Below are positions 35,939 through 47,729 of a stretch of 64,000 nt of DNA, in pieces. This stretch comes from Mustelus asterias (lineage: Eukaryota): positions 52,824,001-52,888,000 of the forward strand of contig NC_135825.1 in the NCBI RefSeq assembly GCF_964213995.1, read 5' to 3'. Made by a program: the position numbers and the translations under genes. The notes beneath the pieces are model-generated. The model had not been told where the DNA came from. It saw only the letters and a program-made list of their open reading frames with translations, and searched no databases. Numbering within the stretch: position 1 is the first letter of the stretch; the number at the start of each line of letters is the position of its first letter.

Positions 35939-36470
35939 CAACGCCTCTACTTTCTCAGGAGGCTAAGGAAATTCTGCCATGACACAACAACTTTTACAGA
36001 TGCGCCATAGAAAGCATTCTTTCTGGTTGTATCACAGCTTGGTCTGGGGCTCCTGCTCTGCCCAATGCCGCAAGGAACTACAAAAGGTTGTGAATGTAGC
36101 CCAATCCATCACGCAAACCAGCCTCCCATCCATTGCCGCTGCCTCGGCAAAGCAGCCAGCATAATCAATGGCCCCACACACCCCGGACATTCTCTCTTCC
36201 ACCTTCTTCCGTCGGGAACAAGATACAAAAGTCTGAGGTCACGTACCAACCGACTCAAGAACAGCTTCTTCCCTGCTGCTGTCAGACTTTTGAATGGACT
36301 TACCTCGCATTAAGTTGATCTTTCTCTACACCCTAGATATGACTATAATACCAAACCCTGCAGCCTCTCCTTTCCTTCTCTCCAATGTACTCTATGAAAG
36401 GTATGCTTTATCTGTATAGCGCACAAGAAACAATATTTTTCACTGTATCCCAACACAATAATAAATCAAA
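35939..36470 (+). mobile_element. Rex1/Babar LINE 3' fragment
   Basis: QRLYFLRRLRK and HPGHSLFHLLPSGTRYKSLRSRTNRLKNSFFPAAVRLLN; tail AATAATAAATCAAA. Confidence 0.88.
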
Positions 36471-36543
36471 TTTTAAAATTATAAAATAATTATCTATCGT
36501 CTCTTGCTCAATGCCACACTGCCTCTGGGTCTGGGTCATGTGG

Positions 36544-39500
36544 TGATACGCTATCAATCGAGCCGAGACTAGTTGTGAGCAAGACAAATAGGCTTTTATT
36601 AGCAAGAACTTGGAGCCCTCCCTGTCGGAGATCTGGTCTGTACTGAAGGCTAGGGGGAGGAGCCACCGCCTTGATACCCAGACCAGGGGGAGGAGACTTG
36701 GGCGGAACCGACAGGGATGTGCCACATATACAGGTACTGAGAAATACTAACTATGGTGGTTAACCACCACAGATAACATATAACAGTGGTTTACCACATT
36801 CACCCCCTGTTTAAAAAAAAAGTCCGTCGGGGGTGAAGCAGAGTGAACAATATTTACAATATTTACAGATTTAGTCTATCCGGAGGCTTGCTCTTCCGCT
36901 GCGATCGCCGTAGTACCGGTTCCAACGTGGTTTCAGGTCGCGGTGTCGTTTCGAGCGCCAGAACGTAGCTGTCATCCGTGGTTTCATCCGACCCTCGGGT
37001 GCGTGGTGACGACTCCTGGGGCTCAGGCGAGCTGTACACGGGGGTGAGAGGAGTGAGTCGTGGTTCTGACATGGTAGGGACAAAGTCGGGGGTTGGGGGT
37101 GAGGGGTTGGGGGCTATAGAGGTCCCTGAGTCACCTGCGGGCGCTAGGTCACGGATAGATACTGTGTCCTCCTGCCCATCGGGGTACTGCACGTAGGCGT
37201 ACTGGGGGTTGGCGTGGAGGAGTTGTACCCTCTCGACCAGGGGGTCAGACTTACGGGTCCTGGCATGCTTCCGAAGCAGGACAGGGCCCGGGTATGCGAG
37301 CCATGACGGTAGTGAAGTCCCTGAGGAAGACTTCCTGGGGAACACCAACACCCATTCGTGGGGGGTGGCATTGGTTGCTGTGCACAGGACCGTCCTAATG
37401 GAGTGTAGTGCCTCCGGTAGGACCTCTTGCCAGCGGGTGACTGGAAGGCCTTTAGATCATAGCGCTAGTAAAACGGTCTTCCAGACAGTGGCGTTCTCTC
37501 TCTCCACCTGTCCGTTACCCCGGGGGTTGTAGCTGGTAGTCCTACTTGAGGCTATGCCTTTGGAGAGCAGGTACCGTCGCAGTTCATCACCCATGAAGGA
37601 GGATCCCCGGTCGCTATGGATATAGCTGGGGTAACCAAACAGGGTGAAGAGGCTGCGCGGGGCCCTAATGACTGTGGCCGAGGACATATCTGGGCAGGGA
37701 ACTGCAATGGGGAAACGTGAGTACTCGTCAATGACATTGAGGAAATATATGTTGTGATCAGATGAGGGGAGGGGGCCTTTGAAGTCGATGCTGAGGCGTT
37801 CAAAGGGGCGGGTGGCTTTTATGAGATGTGCCCTGTCTGGCCGGTAGAAGTGCGGGTTGCATTCCGCGCAGACCTGGCAATTCCAAGTTACGGATCTGAC
37901 ATCCTCAACTGAGTAGGGCAGGTTTCGGGCTTTAATAAAGTGGAAAAACCTGGTGACCCCCTGGCGGCAGAGGTCATTGTGGAGAGCCCGTAACCGGTCC
38001 ACCTGTGCACTGGCGCATGTTCCACGGGACAGGGCGTCAGGTGGCTCATTGAGCTTCCCGGGCCAATACAAGATATGGTAATTGTAGGTGGAGAGTTCGA
38101 TCCTCCACCGTAATATCTTGTCGTTCTTGATCTTGCCCCGCTGCGTGTTGTTGAACATGAAGGCAACGGATCGTTGGTCCGTGAGTAGGGTGAACCATTT
38201 ACCAGCTAAATAGTGGCGTCAGTGCTGTACAGCTTCCACTATGGCTTGGGCTTCCTTTTGGACAGAGGCGTGTCGAGTTTCGGGGCCTTGGCGGGTTCGT
38301 GAAAAGAAGGCCACGGGTCTGCCCGCCTGGTTAAGGGTGGCGGCTAGGGCGAAATCAGATGCATCGCTCTCCACCTGGAACGGGATGGATTTGTCTATAG
38401 CGTGCATCGTGGCCTTCGCGATGTCTGCTTTGATGCGGTCGAAGGCCAGTCGGGCCTCCAAAAAGGGTGGATTTTATGAGCGGACGGGCTTTATCCGCAG
38501 AGTTGGGGACCCACTGTGCATAGTACGAGAAGAAGCCCAGGCATCTTCTCAGTGCTTTGAGGCTAGTGGGGAGGGGAAGTTCCAGGAGGGGACGCATACG
38601 GTTGGGATTGGGGCTGATGACCCCATCCTCCACTACATACCCGAGGATGGCGAGGCGGTGTGTACGGAACACGCACTTCTCCTTATTGTAGGTCAGGTTA
38701 AGGAGACTAGCCGTGTGCAGGGATCTGTGGAGGTTGGCATCGTGGTCCTGCTGGTCATGGCCGCAGATGGTGGCGTTATCCAGGTACGGGAAGGTGGCCC
38801 GCAGCCCGTTCTGGTCTACCATTCGGTCCATTTCACGCTGGAAAACCGAGACCCCATTGGTGACGCCAAAGGGGACCCTGAGGAAGTGGTAAAGGCGACC
38901 ATCCGCCTCGAAAGCCGTATATTGGCGGTCCTCCGGGCGGATAGGGAGCTGGTGGTACGCCGACTTCAAGTCAATGATGGAGAACACCCGATATTCTGCA
39001 ATCTGATTGACCATGTCAGATATGCGGGGAAGAGGGTACGCGTCCAGCTGCGTGTAATCGGTTAATGGTCTGACTGTAGTCAATGACCATTCTGTGTTTT
39101 TCCCCAGACTTAACGAATACCACTTGTGCTCTCCAGGGGCTGGTACTGGCCTCGATGATCCCTACCCCGAGGAGCCGCTGGACTTCGGACCTGATAAAGG
39201 CCCTGTCTCCAGCACTATACCACCTGCTCTTGGTGGCGATGGGCTTGCAGTCGGGAGTGACATTCGCAAACAAGGAGGGAGGGGCGATCTTAAGAGTCGA
39301 GAGACTGCAGGTGGTGCGCGGTGGGCAATTTAGACGCTGCTGATTGCAGACAGAGAGCGGGGGAAAAGGCCCATTATACTGTATAGTGACACTCTTCAGG
39401 TGGGTCATGAAATCTAGCCCCAGGAGTATGGAAGCGCAGAGGTGTGGCAGCATGAGGAGCCTGAAGTTATCGTATACTGTGCCCCGCACCTTCAGGGTCA

Positions 39501-40957
39501 CCACGCAGCAGCCGAGGACATTTACAGAGCGGGATTGTGACGCCATGGAGATCGTCTGCTGGACGGGCCACACGGAAAAGGTGTATCGGCGCACCGTATC
39601 AGGGTGAATGAAGCTCTCCGTACTCCCACTGTCAAATAAACAATGCTCCCTATGCCCATTTACCTCAATGTCCATCATGGACTCGGCGAGACGATGAGGC
39701 TTCGTCTGATCTAGGGTCACCGATGCCACTGTTGAATCCTGCAGATAGCTGTAGGGGGCTGATGAGGTAGGAGATGGCGGCCCCTGCTGGTCACTCGCGA
39801 CCGTTGTCGGCCAAGATGGCGGCCCCCGCGGGTCGCCGATGACCGATGACGTCATCCAAGATGGTGGCCCCCGCGGGTCGCACGTGGCGCTTGTGGATTT
39901 GGGGGTAGACTTATGGCAGGCCTTGGCGTAGTGCCCCTTCTTCCCACACGTGGAGCAGAATGACTCCCTCACCGGGCAGCATTGTCGGGGGTGCTTACCC
40001 AGGCCGCAGAAGTAGCATTTCGAGCCTCCACAGGTTGCAGTAGTGGTCAGGTCTCTGGTGAGGCGTGGGGCGGCGTAGGTCTGTGGCCCTCCCGGTAGCA
40101 ACGGCCGCGGTGTCCACGATGCGCCCACGTGGTCAGGTGAGTAGGCTTCGAGGTATTGTGAGGTCACTTCTAGGGACACAGCCAGTCGCACTGTTTTCTT
40201 CAATTCCAGCGCACCCTGTTCCAGCAGCCGTTGCCGGATATAAGTAGTTCCGATGCCCGTGACAAAGGCCTCCCGGATTAAGTTGTCTGTATATAGGGCG
40301 GCAGTCACAGACCTACAGTTACAGTTCCGAGCAAGCAGTCGCAACGCGCGCAGGAACTGGTCGACTGATTCACCTGGCTGCCGTCTGCGCGTGGCGAGGA
40401 GGTGTCTCGCGTAGACCTCATGAGGCCGTTTATTATACAGGCCTTTTAACAGTTCGATAGCGGCCGTATAATTTTCCGCGTCTCGGATCGTAGCATATAC
40501 TACGTCGCTTACCCGGCCGCGGAGCACCCGTAGTTTATCAGCATCTGTACCGATGGCAGCGGAGGCTTCGATGTAATCTTTGAAGCATTGCAGCCAGTGA
40601 TCAAACGTGTTGGATGCTCCAGCAGCTTGCGGGTCCAGATTCAGCCTTTCGGGTTTCAGTAGCTGCTCCATTCTTCAAAAAAAAAACTTGCCAATAAAAT
40701 TGATGCGCTATCAATCGAGCCGAGACTAGTTGTGAGCAAGACAAACAGGCTTTTATTAGCAAGGACTTGGAGCCATCCCTGTCGGAGATCTGGTCTGTAC
40801 TGAGAGCAAGGGGGGGAGGAGCCACTGCCTTTATACCCAGACCAGGGGGAGGAGACTTGGGCGGAACCGACAGGGATGTGCCACATATACAGGTACTGAG
40901 AAATACTAACTCCGGTGGTTAACCACCACAGATAACAGATAACAGTGGATTACCACA
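36544..40957 (-). mobile_element. Full-length Ty3/Gypsy (Mag-type) LTR retrotransposon with disabled gag-pol
   Basis: LTRs at 40701-40957 (5') and 36544-36798 (3'), about 5% divergent; TSD TGTGG at 36539-36543 and 40958-40962; PPT CAGGGGGTGAA; domain order gag (two CCHC)-PR (LFDSGS)-RT-RH (ESDAS)-IN. Confidence 0.97.
36863..40671 (-). pseudogene. Gypsy gag-pol broken into frames 39016-40671, 38355-39083, 38219-38461, 37457-38158 and 36863-37351
   Basis: CYFCGLGKH...CSTCGKKGHYAKAC knuckles, protease DSG, RT DLKSAYHQ/PFGV/YLDN, integrase IDFKGP/SDRG/NGQVER; frameshifts and stops between the pieces. Confidence 0.93.
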
Positions 40958-41327
40958 TGTGGCTTCCTACATCATTGTGTGGGCAGTGCTTTATGCCATC
41001 CCACATTAACCCTGTATGTACCCGACCCTACTACAAATTCTATGTAAATAAGGTTAATCTTTGTTCTGATGCCCACTCTCCCTCCACTCCCCCGACTCCC
41101 ATTCACCCCTACACCTACAATGCTCAAATAACCCTCTAAGACTCATTGCCCAGGCCCACAGCAGAGGTTAGTCAGCGGAATGGGGCAGCCAACAGTCATG
41201 GAACATCAATCACCTCAGTGGAATTTAGCGCTTCCGGGAAAGGAAAGGAGAACGCTGGGGAGAAAAGATACTCGTGCTTCTTCAATACTAGGCTAACGTT
41301 GTGGGAGAATCACGTGTATGGTGATCT

Positions 41328-42095
41328 GGGCGGCACGGTGGCACAGTGGTCAGCACTGCTGCCTCACAGCTCCAGGGTCCCGAGTTCAATTCCCGGCTAG
41401 GGTCACTGTCTGTGTGGAGTTTGTACATTCTCCTCGTGTCTGTGTGCCTCTCCGGGTGCTCCAGTTTCCTCCCACAGTCTAAAAATGTGCGAGTTAGGTT
41501 GATTGGCCATGCTAACTTGCCCCTTAGGGTCCTGGGATTCATAGGTTAAAGGGATTAGTGGGGTAAATATGTGGGGTTACGGGGATGCGGCCCTGGGTGG
41601 GATTGTTATCAGTGCAGACTTGATGGGCTGAATAGCCTCCTTCTGCACTGTAGGGATTTAATGACCTGGATAGACTGGGACTTTTTTCTCTGGATCGTAG
41701 GAGGCTGAGGGATGATCTTATAGAGGTCTATAAAATAATGAGGAGCACAGATAAGCTAGATAGTCAATATCTTTTCCCAAAGGTAGGGGAGTCTAAAACT
41801 AGAGGGCATAGGTTTAAGGTGAGAGGGGAGAGATACAAAAGTGTCCAGAGGGGCAATTTTTTCCACAGAGAGGGTGATGAGTGTCTGGAACAAGCTGCCA
41901 GAGGTAGTAGGAGAGGTGGGTACAATTTTGTCTTTTAAAAAGCATTTAGATAGTTACATGGGTACGATGGGTATAGAGGGATATGGGCCAAATGCGGGCA
42001 ATTGGGACTAGCTTAGGGGTTTTTAAAAAAAAAGGGCGGCATGTACAAATTGAGCCGAAGGGCCTGTTTCCATGCTGTAAACCTCTATGACTCTA
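41328..42095 (+). mobile_element. SINE (41328-41662) followed by a CR1 3' fragment (41665-42095)
   Basis: Identity to other copies in the window. Confidence 0.9.
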
Positions 42096-42339
42096 ATGAC
42101 CTGAGCTTGATAGGGCTTCCAAATAAAAGTCCACTTGTGTAATGTCTGAAAAAGAACAAGTTGGACGACCAAGTCCCCAGTGGTTGTCACTCCTTTAAGA
42201 TAAACCCTTGAAGTAATGTATGTATCTTAGAAAAAGCACAAATTCATCGCCCTCACAATCTGAAGTCACTGTCTTTGCTCCGGGAAATCCCTGTTTAACA
42301 ATGATAGAGTACCGTGACTCCATCATTGCTGCATGTTCA

Positions 42340-42540
42340 CTGTGTATACCTTTCTAAAAATAGCCACAACCAGTAGTCACCTCCTAAAAGTAAAATAAAC
42401 ATTGTAATCTGTCTAATTCCGTCGTTTAAAAGAGCGTTGAACATGGAACAGCAGCTGTTGCCAGATCACGTTTAGAATTTTCTGACCATAATGCCTCAGT
42501 GAACAATCGCACTCTTCTGAAATAGCGACCATGACTCATT
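42340..42540. promoter_or_regulatory. Candidate muscle enhancer (MEF2 site + MRF E-box)
   Basis: Perfect MEF2 site CTAAAAATAG at 42354-42363, E-box CAGCTG at 42452-42457 in a GCAGCTGTTG context, and AP-1 TGACTCA at 42532-42538, in non-repeat sequence. Confidence 0.45.
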
Positions 42541-42850
42541 GAATCTCCACAGTACAGAAGGAGGCCATTCGGCCCATTGAGTCTGCACCAACCACAATCC
42601 CACCCAGGCCCCATTCCCGTAACCCCACTTCTTTACCCTGCTAATCCCCTGACACTAAGGGGCAATTTAGCATGGCCAATCAACCGAATCCGCACATCTT
42701 TGGAGTGTGGGAGGGAACCGGAGCACCCGGAGGAAACCCACGCAGAGACGGGGAGAATGTGCAAGCTCCGCACAGACAGTGACCCAAGCCGGGAATCGAA
42801 CCCTGGTCCCTGGCGCTATGAGGCAGCAGTGCTAACCACTGCGCCACCCC
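42537..42850 (-). mobile_element. SINE, tail A; further minus-strand copies at 44010-44320, 44820-44980, 46715-47010 and 63785-64000
   Basis: Conserved head/core and GGCCATTCGGCCCAT...GAGTCTG tail. Confidence 0.9.
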
Positions 42851-44419
42851 TGTGGATACACCCGCGAGCAGCATTATGGAGGGAAAGCATTGCAATCTTA
42901 GCGACAAACATGCCTTTTGTGTACCAAATTAAACAGGAACACTTGGATAGCTAACTGAGTGTGGAGAGATATTGCAAGGTGCTTTACAGAAAGGTGATTG
43001 AAATAAAGGCGATGCCCAATTTATTTTTTTACCTCTTATTGGCCCTGCAGGAGCCTCTTCCCATAATTGCAATACGTTTCTGTCCTACCCAAAGCCAGAA
43101 ACATCTTCCAGAGCAGGATTGCAGCCTGGAGACAGAATCATCTGTATTCGCTCCACCTGGACTTTTGTGCCAAATATAAAGAACTCAGCAAAAGAATCTT
43201 CATTGGCAGCTGAGCTGTTGGAGGGTATTATCTCAGGCAACGGGTTCGGTTGTGTGCCGGGAGTTAATTACCCGAAAGGTAGTTTCACTCATAGGTTTCC
43301 TTAGGTGCAGGAGTGGGGCGGGGGGCATTGACGACATTCCCTCTGATTTTTTTTGGCTTGCGCTGTCAAACAGGAGGCTGAAAATGTCGCCACTGTTCCA
43401 GCAGGGACTGAGACACACTCCACAAGTATCTAAAAACACATCCATTGTCTCAACAGATTAAAGGGATCAATTCCAGAGGGTTAAGGATTTGCTGTCGGTT
43501 CTATTGAGGCCTACGGAGGGATTCAGGGATAGGATCTCCAAGGGAAGCTGTCGAACCTTCTCGTCACACTCCCTTGGGGGACAGACAGAACATTTTGCTC
43601 CCAGCCCTCTCCCTTTCTGGGATTTAAAGGGTTACTGCAAACGGAGAGGAAACTCCCAGCCCCCTGAGGAGAAACCCTTGCTTTCAACCGACCCGGGAAT
43701 GTCGGGGCCAATCCTTTGATTGTTAATGGAAAGAGGTACTTCACACAATTGTGCTAACTCAATGTTTACTAACTGCACACTCTCTAGAAGCCTAAGATGA
43801 GGCATTTAATGGCCATGCATTACACCAACTCACCATTAGACAGCTTGGTGGTATTAACTCCCTGATTCAAGTATCACGACACACTGTTAAACAAGTCAAG
43901 CTTGAGGTAACTCACATCTTCGCAAGGATTTCCGATCAACTGAAGATCTTAATTTAAAAAATCTCCATTATCAGTATTCCCTAAAACAAATCAGGTCACC
44001 TCTCAACAACATAGAATCACTACAGTACAGAAGGAGGCCATTCGGCCCATTGAGTCAGTACCCACTACCATTCCACCCAGGCCCTATTCCCATAACTCAG
44101 CACATTTACTCTGCTAATCCCCCTGACACTAGGGGCAATTTTAGCGTGGCCAATCAACCTAACCCCACATCTTTGGAATGTGGGAGGAAACCGGAGCACC
44201 CGGAGGAAACCCAGACAGACACGGGGAGAACGTGCAAACCCCACACAGACAGTGACCCAAGCCGGGAATCGGGCGCGGGTCCCTGGAGCTGTGAGGCAGC
44301 AGTGTTAACCACCGTGCCAGCCATACAGCCAGGAACATCCTGCCTCTTCCTATTCATCTGTTTCAATAATGTAGGGTTGACAATGAGGGCTGTGAAACGT
44401 TTACTGGATAAAGGCTAGC

Positions 44420-46402
44420 TGGTACTCCAACTCTGCATCTTGCTCTTGCGCCCACAAGTCTGTCCTTGGCCTTCTGCGATGCCTCAGTGAAGCCCAGCGC
44501 AAGCTGGAAGAGCAGCATCTCATCTCCCGACGGGCAGTTGCAGTCCCCAGGACTCAATGTTGAGTTTGGCAGCTTTAGATTGTGACCTTCCTCCTCCATC
44601 TTAAACCATTTTTCCTCTTTTTTTAAACTATTCTGTATATTACCTCAATGCACCCCCCCCAACCACCGCCTCCCCCCCCACCCCCCCCCCCCCCCCCCAA
44701 CCCACCCTCCTCTCCACTCACACCAGGCCATCCCCCCCGCCGCCCCCCCGCCCCCCACCACTCACATCAGGGCATCAGTCACTTGTCCTTGTAGTTGCTA
44801 CTTTTTGTTGTGGTTCCTATAGCTCCAACACACTCTCCCTCCTATTTACCCCACTGTCCCCCTAATACTGCAGGGCAATTTAGCATGGCCAATCAACCTA
44901 ACCCGCACACCTTTGGGCTGTGGGAGGAAACCGGAGCACCCGGAGGAAACCCACGCAGACACGGGGAGAACGTGCAAACTTCAGTTCTAATGAAGAGTCT
45001 ATGGGTGGAGTTTTACGGCCTTGTTCGACCTGAGACTGGAAAATCCCACCTGAGCTCAACGGGCATTACCATTGTCCGCCCCTCACCCGCTCTGATTCCG
45101 TGACGGGCAGGGCAGTAGAATTCCGGTGCGTGACGCTAAGCATTAACTCCGTTTCTAAGAACATAAGAACATAAGAAATAGGAGCAGGAGTAGGCCATCT
45201 AGCCCCTCGAGCCTGCCCCGCCATTCAATAAGATCATGGCTGATCTGACGTGGATCAGTACCACTTACCCGCCTGATCCCCATAACCCTTAATTCCCTTA
45301 CCGATCAGGAATCCATCCATCCGCGCTTTAAACATATTCAGCGAGGTAGCCTCCACCACCTCAGTGGGCAGAGAATTCCAGAGATTCACCACCCTCTGGG
45401 AGAAGAAGTTCCTCCTCAACTCTGTCCTAAACCGACCCCCCTTTATTTTGAGGCTGTGTCCTCTAGTTTTAACTTCCTTACTAAGTGGAAAGAATCTCTC
45501 CGCCTCCACCCTATCCAGCCCCCGCATTATCTTATAAGTCTCCATAAGATCCCCCCTCATCCTTCTAAACTCCAACGAGTACAAACCCAATCTCCTCAGC
45601 CTCTCCTCATAATCCAAACCCCTCATCTCCGGTATCAACCTGGTGAACCTTCTCTGCACTCCCTCCAATGCCAATATATCCTTCCTCATATAAGGGGACC
45701 AATACTGCACACAGTATTCCAGCTGCGGCCTCACCAATGCCCTGTACAGGTGCATCAAGACATCCCTGCTTTTATATTCTATCCCCTTCGCAATATAGGC
45801 CAACATCCCATTTGCCTTCTTGATCACCTGTTGTACCTGCAGACTGGGCTTTTGCGTCTCATGCACAAGGACCCCCAGGTCCCTTTGCACGGTAGCATGT
45901 TTTAATTTGTTTCCATTGAGATAGTAATCCCATTTGTTATTATTTCCTCCAAAGTGTATAACCTCGCATTTCTCAACGTTATACTCCATTTGCCATATCC
46001 TCGCCCACTCACTCAGCCTGTCCAAATCTCTCTGCAGATCTTCTCCGTCCTCCACACGATTCACTTTTCCACTTATCTTTGTGTCGTCTGCAAACTTCGT
46101 TACCCTACACTCCGTCCCCTCCTCCAGATCATCTATATAAATGGTAAATAGTTGCGGCCCGAGTACCGATCCCTGCGGCACGCCACTAGTTACCTTCCTC
46201 CAACCGGAAAAACACCCATTTATTCCGACTCTTTGCTTCCTGTCGGATAGCCAGTCCCCAATCCAGTTTAACACACTACCCCCAACTCCGTGTGCCCTAA
46301 TCTTCTTCAGTAGCCTTTTATGGGGCACCTTATCAAACGCCTGGTTCTCTCCTGGTCGATGCTGGCGGACCTGCTGGGATTTTCCAGCGTCCGCTGTCTT
46401 GT
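44420..46402 (+). mobile_element. Penelope-like element 3' region, interrupted by a SINE, a MITE and a minus-strand CR1 (45156-46340)
   Basis: 44460-44585 reads VLGLLRCLSEAQRKLEEQHLI (C-terminal GIY-YIG region). Degenerate hammerhead halves AGTTCTAATGAAGAGTC (44983-44999) and ...TTAACT (45142-45148); GATGCTG..GACCTGCTG..TTTCCAGC at 46358-46388. Confidence 0.65.
45156..46340 (-). mobile_element. Young CR1 3' part with an open RT frame
   Basis: AFDKVPHKRLL...GVPQGSVLGP...KFADD...; tail (TTCTTATG)n. Confidence 0.95.
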
Positions 46403-47729
46403 GCAGTATTGGAGTTTCGCAGCGGGGGGAGGAGAGGGGGTGAATTCTCTGTAATCCGCTCTCTGAGGAAAGAAGATAATCTGTCAGTTCCAGGACAATT
46501 GAATACAAAGCAGCAGATCCAGTCAGGGCTGATAGATGATCCACGGAAAGCTGGGGAGGCAGGAGATGGAATGAACGAGTGATACTGCCGCAGTCGGTAA
46601 CAATGGTCCCATCGTCACTGCGTCAGGATTGCCTGATCGGTGCAGTGCCTTCCTGCTGGCCTAAATCTTTAATTCAGAAACTACGTATAGTACACACCGG
46701 ACTGTCACAGATCATCATAGAGTCCCTCCAGTACAGAAGGAGGCCATTCGGCCCATCGAGTCTGTACCGACGACACCCCACCCAGGCCCTATTCCCGTCA
46801 CCCCACACATTTACCCTGCTAATTCCCCAGACACTAGGGTCAATTTAGCATGGCCAATCAACATAACCCGCACATCTTTGGACTGTGGGTGGAAACCGGA
46901 GGAAACCCACGCAGACACGGGGAGAACGCGCAGACTCCACACAGACAGTGACTCAAGCCGGGGAATCGAACCCGGGTCCGTGGCACTGTGAGGCAGCAAT
47001 GCTACCCCTATGTTACCGAGCTGCCCTATTGCACTGCTGAACAAAAGGCCAATTGCAAACTAAAATGTGTTAACCAGACGGGGCAGCTCTTCAATGGGAC
47101 AAAGGCATCCGCTGAAAGCTCCCGTTCCCCAGGAACTCAGTAACTCACCTGGTGCCACTCCCCTGTCTGCTTCTACCTGTCCTCAGCAGGTACTCAGTGT
47201 CAATGAGCCCTGCAATGACATTGTGGTATTTACTTATTGCTGTTGTCTGGATCTTTCGTGATTCATTTGCAAACACTGTTACTCTGACCTTTTGCTAAGT
47301 TTGGATGAGGTGAATCATCTCGCTGCAGAGTATCAAATCCTACAAGCTGTACCACACCCAGCAGAGTTTGGCCCACTCATCTCCACAACGTGGTAGTTTG
47401 CCTCTTTACAATGAAATGGAGAACAGCAGAGATGCACCAAGTTATGCTATACGTATCAATCTCCCCTCCTATAAATACCGTGTCTATTTCTACAGCCACC
47501 TCCATACAAGATCACCTTCCCATTTTAGCTGGTTGCGAGACACTGGGGCATATTGTGAGTTTATTGATCCACAGTTGGCCTGTGTCTCAGAATCTTCACG
47601 CGACAGCTGAGAATGAAGCTGAGGGCATCTCGCAGGGGGCAGAGTTCAGGGGAAGCTCCACATACCAGCAAGGAACAGCATGTCACACTAGATATGAGTG
47701 TGGTTAGAGACCTGACAACAAAATCACAC

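Noticed and set aside
46341-46544. Apparent novel N-terminus fused to RT in the 429-aa ORF
   Set aside because: Chance read-through from flanking unique DNA and an antisense Penelope fragment into a 5'-truncated CR1.
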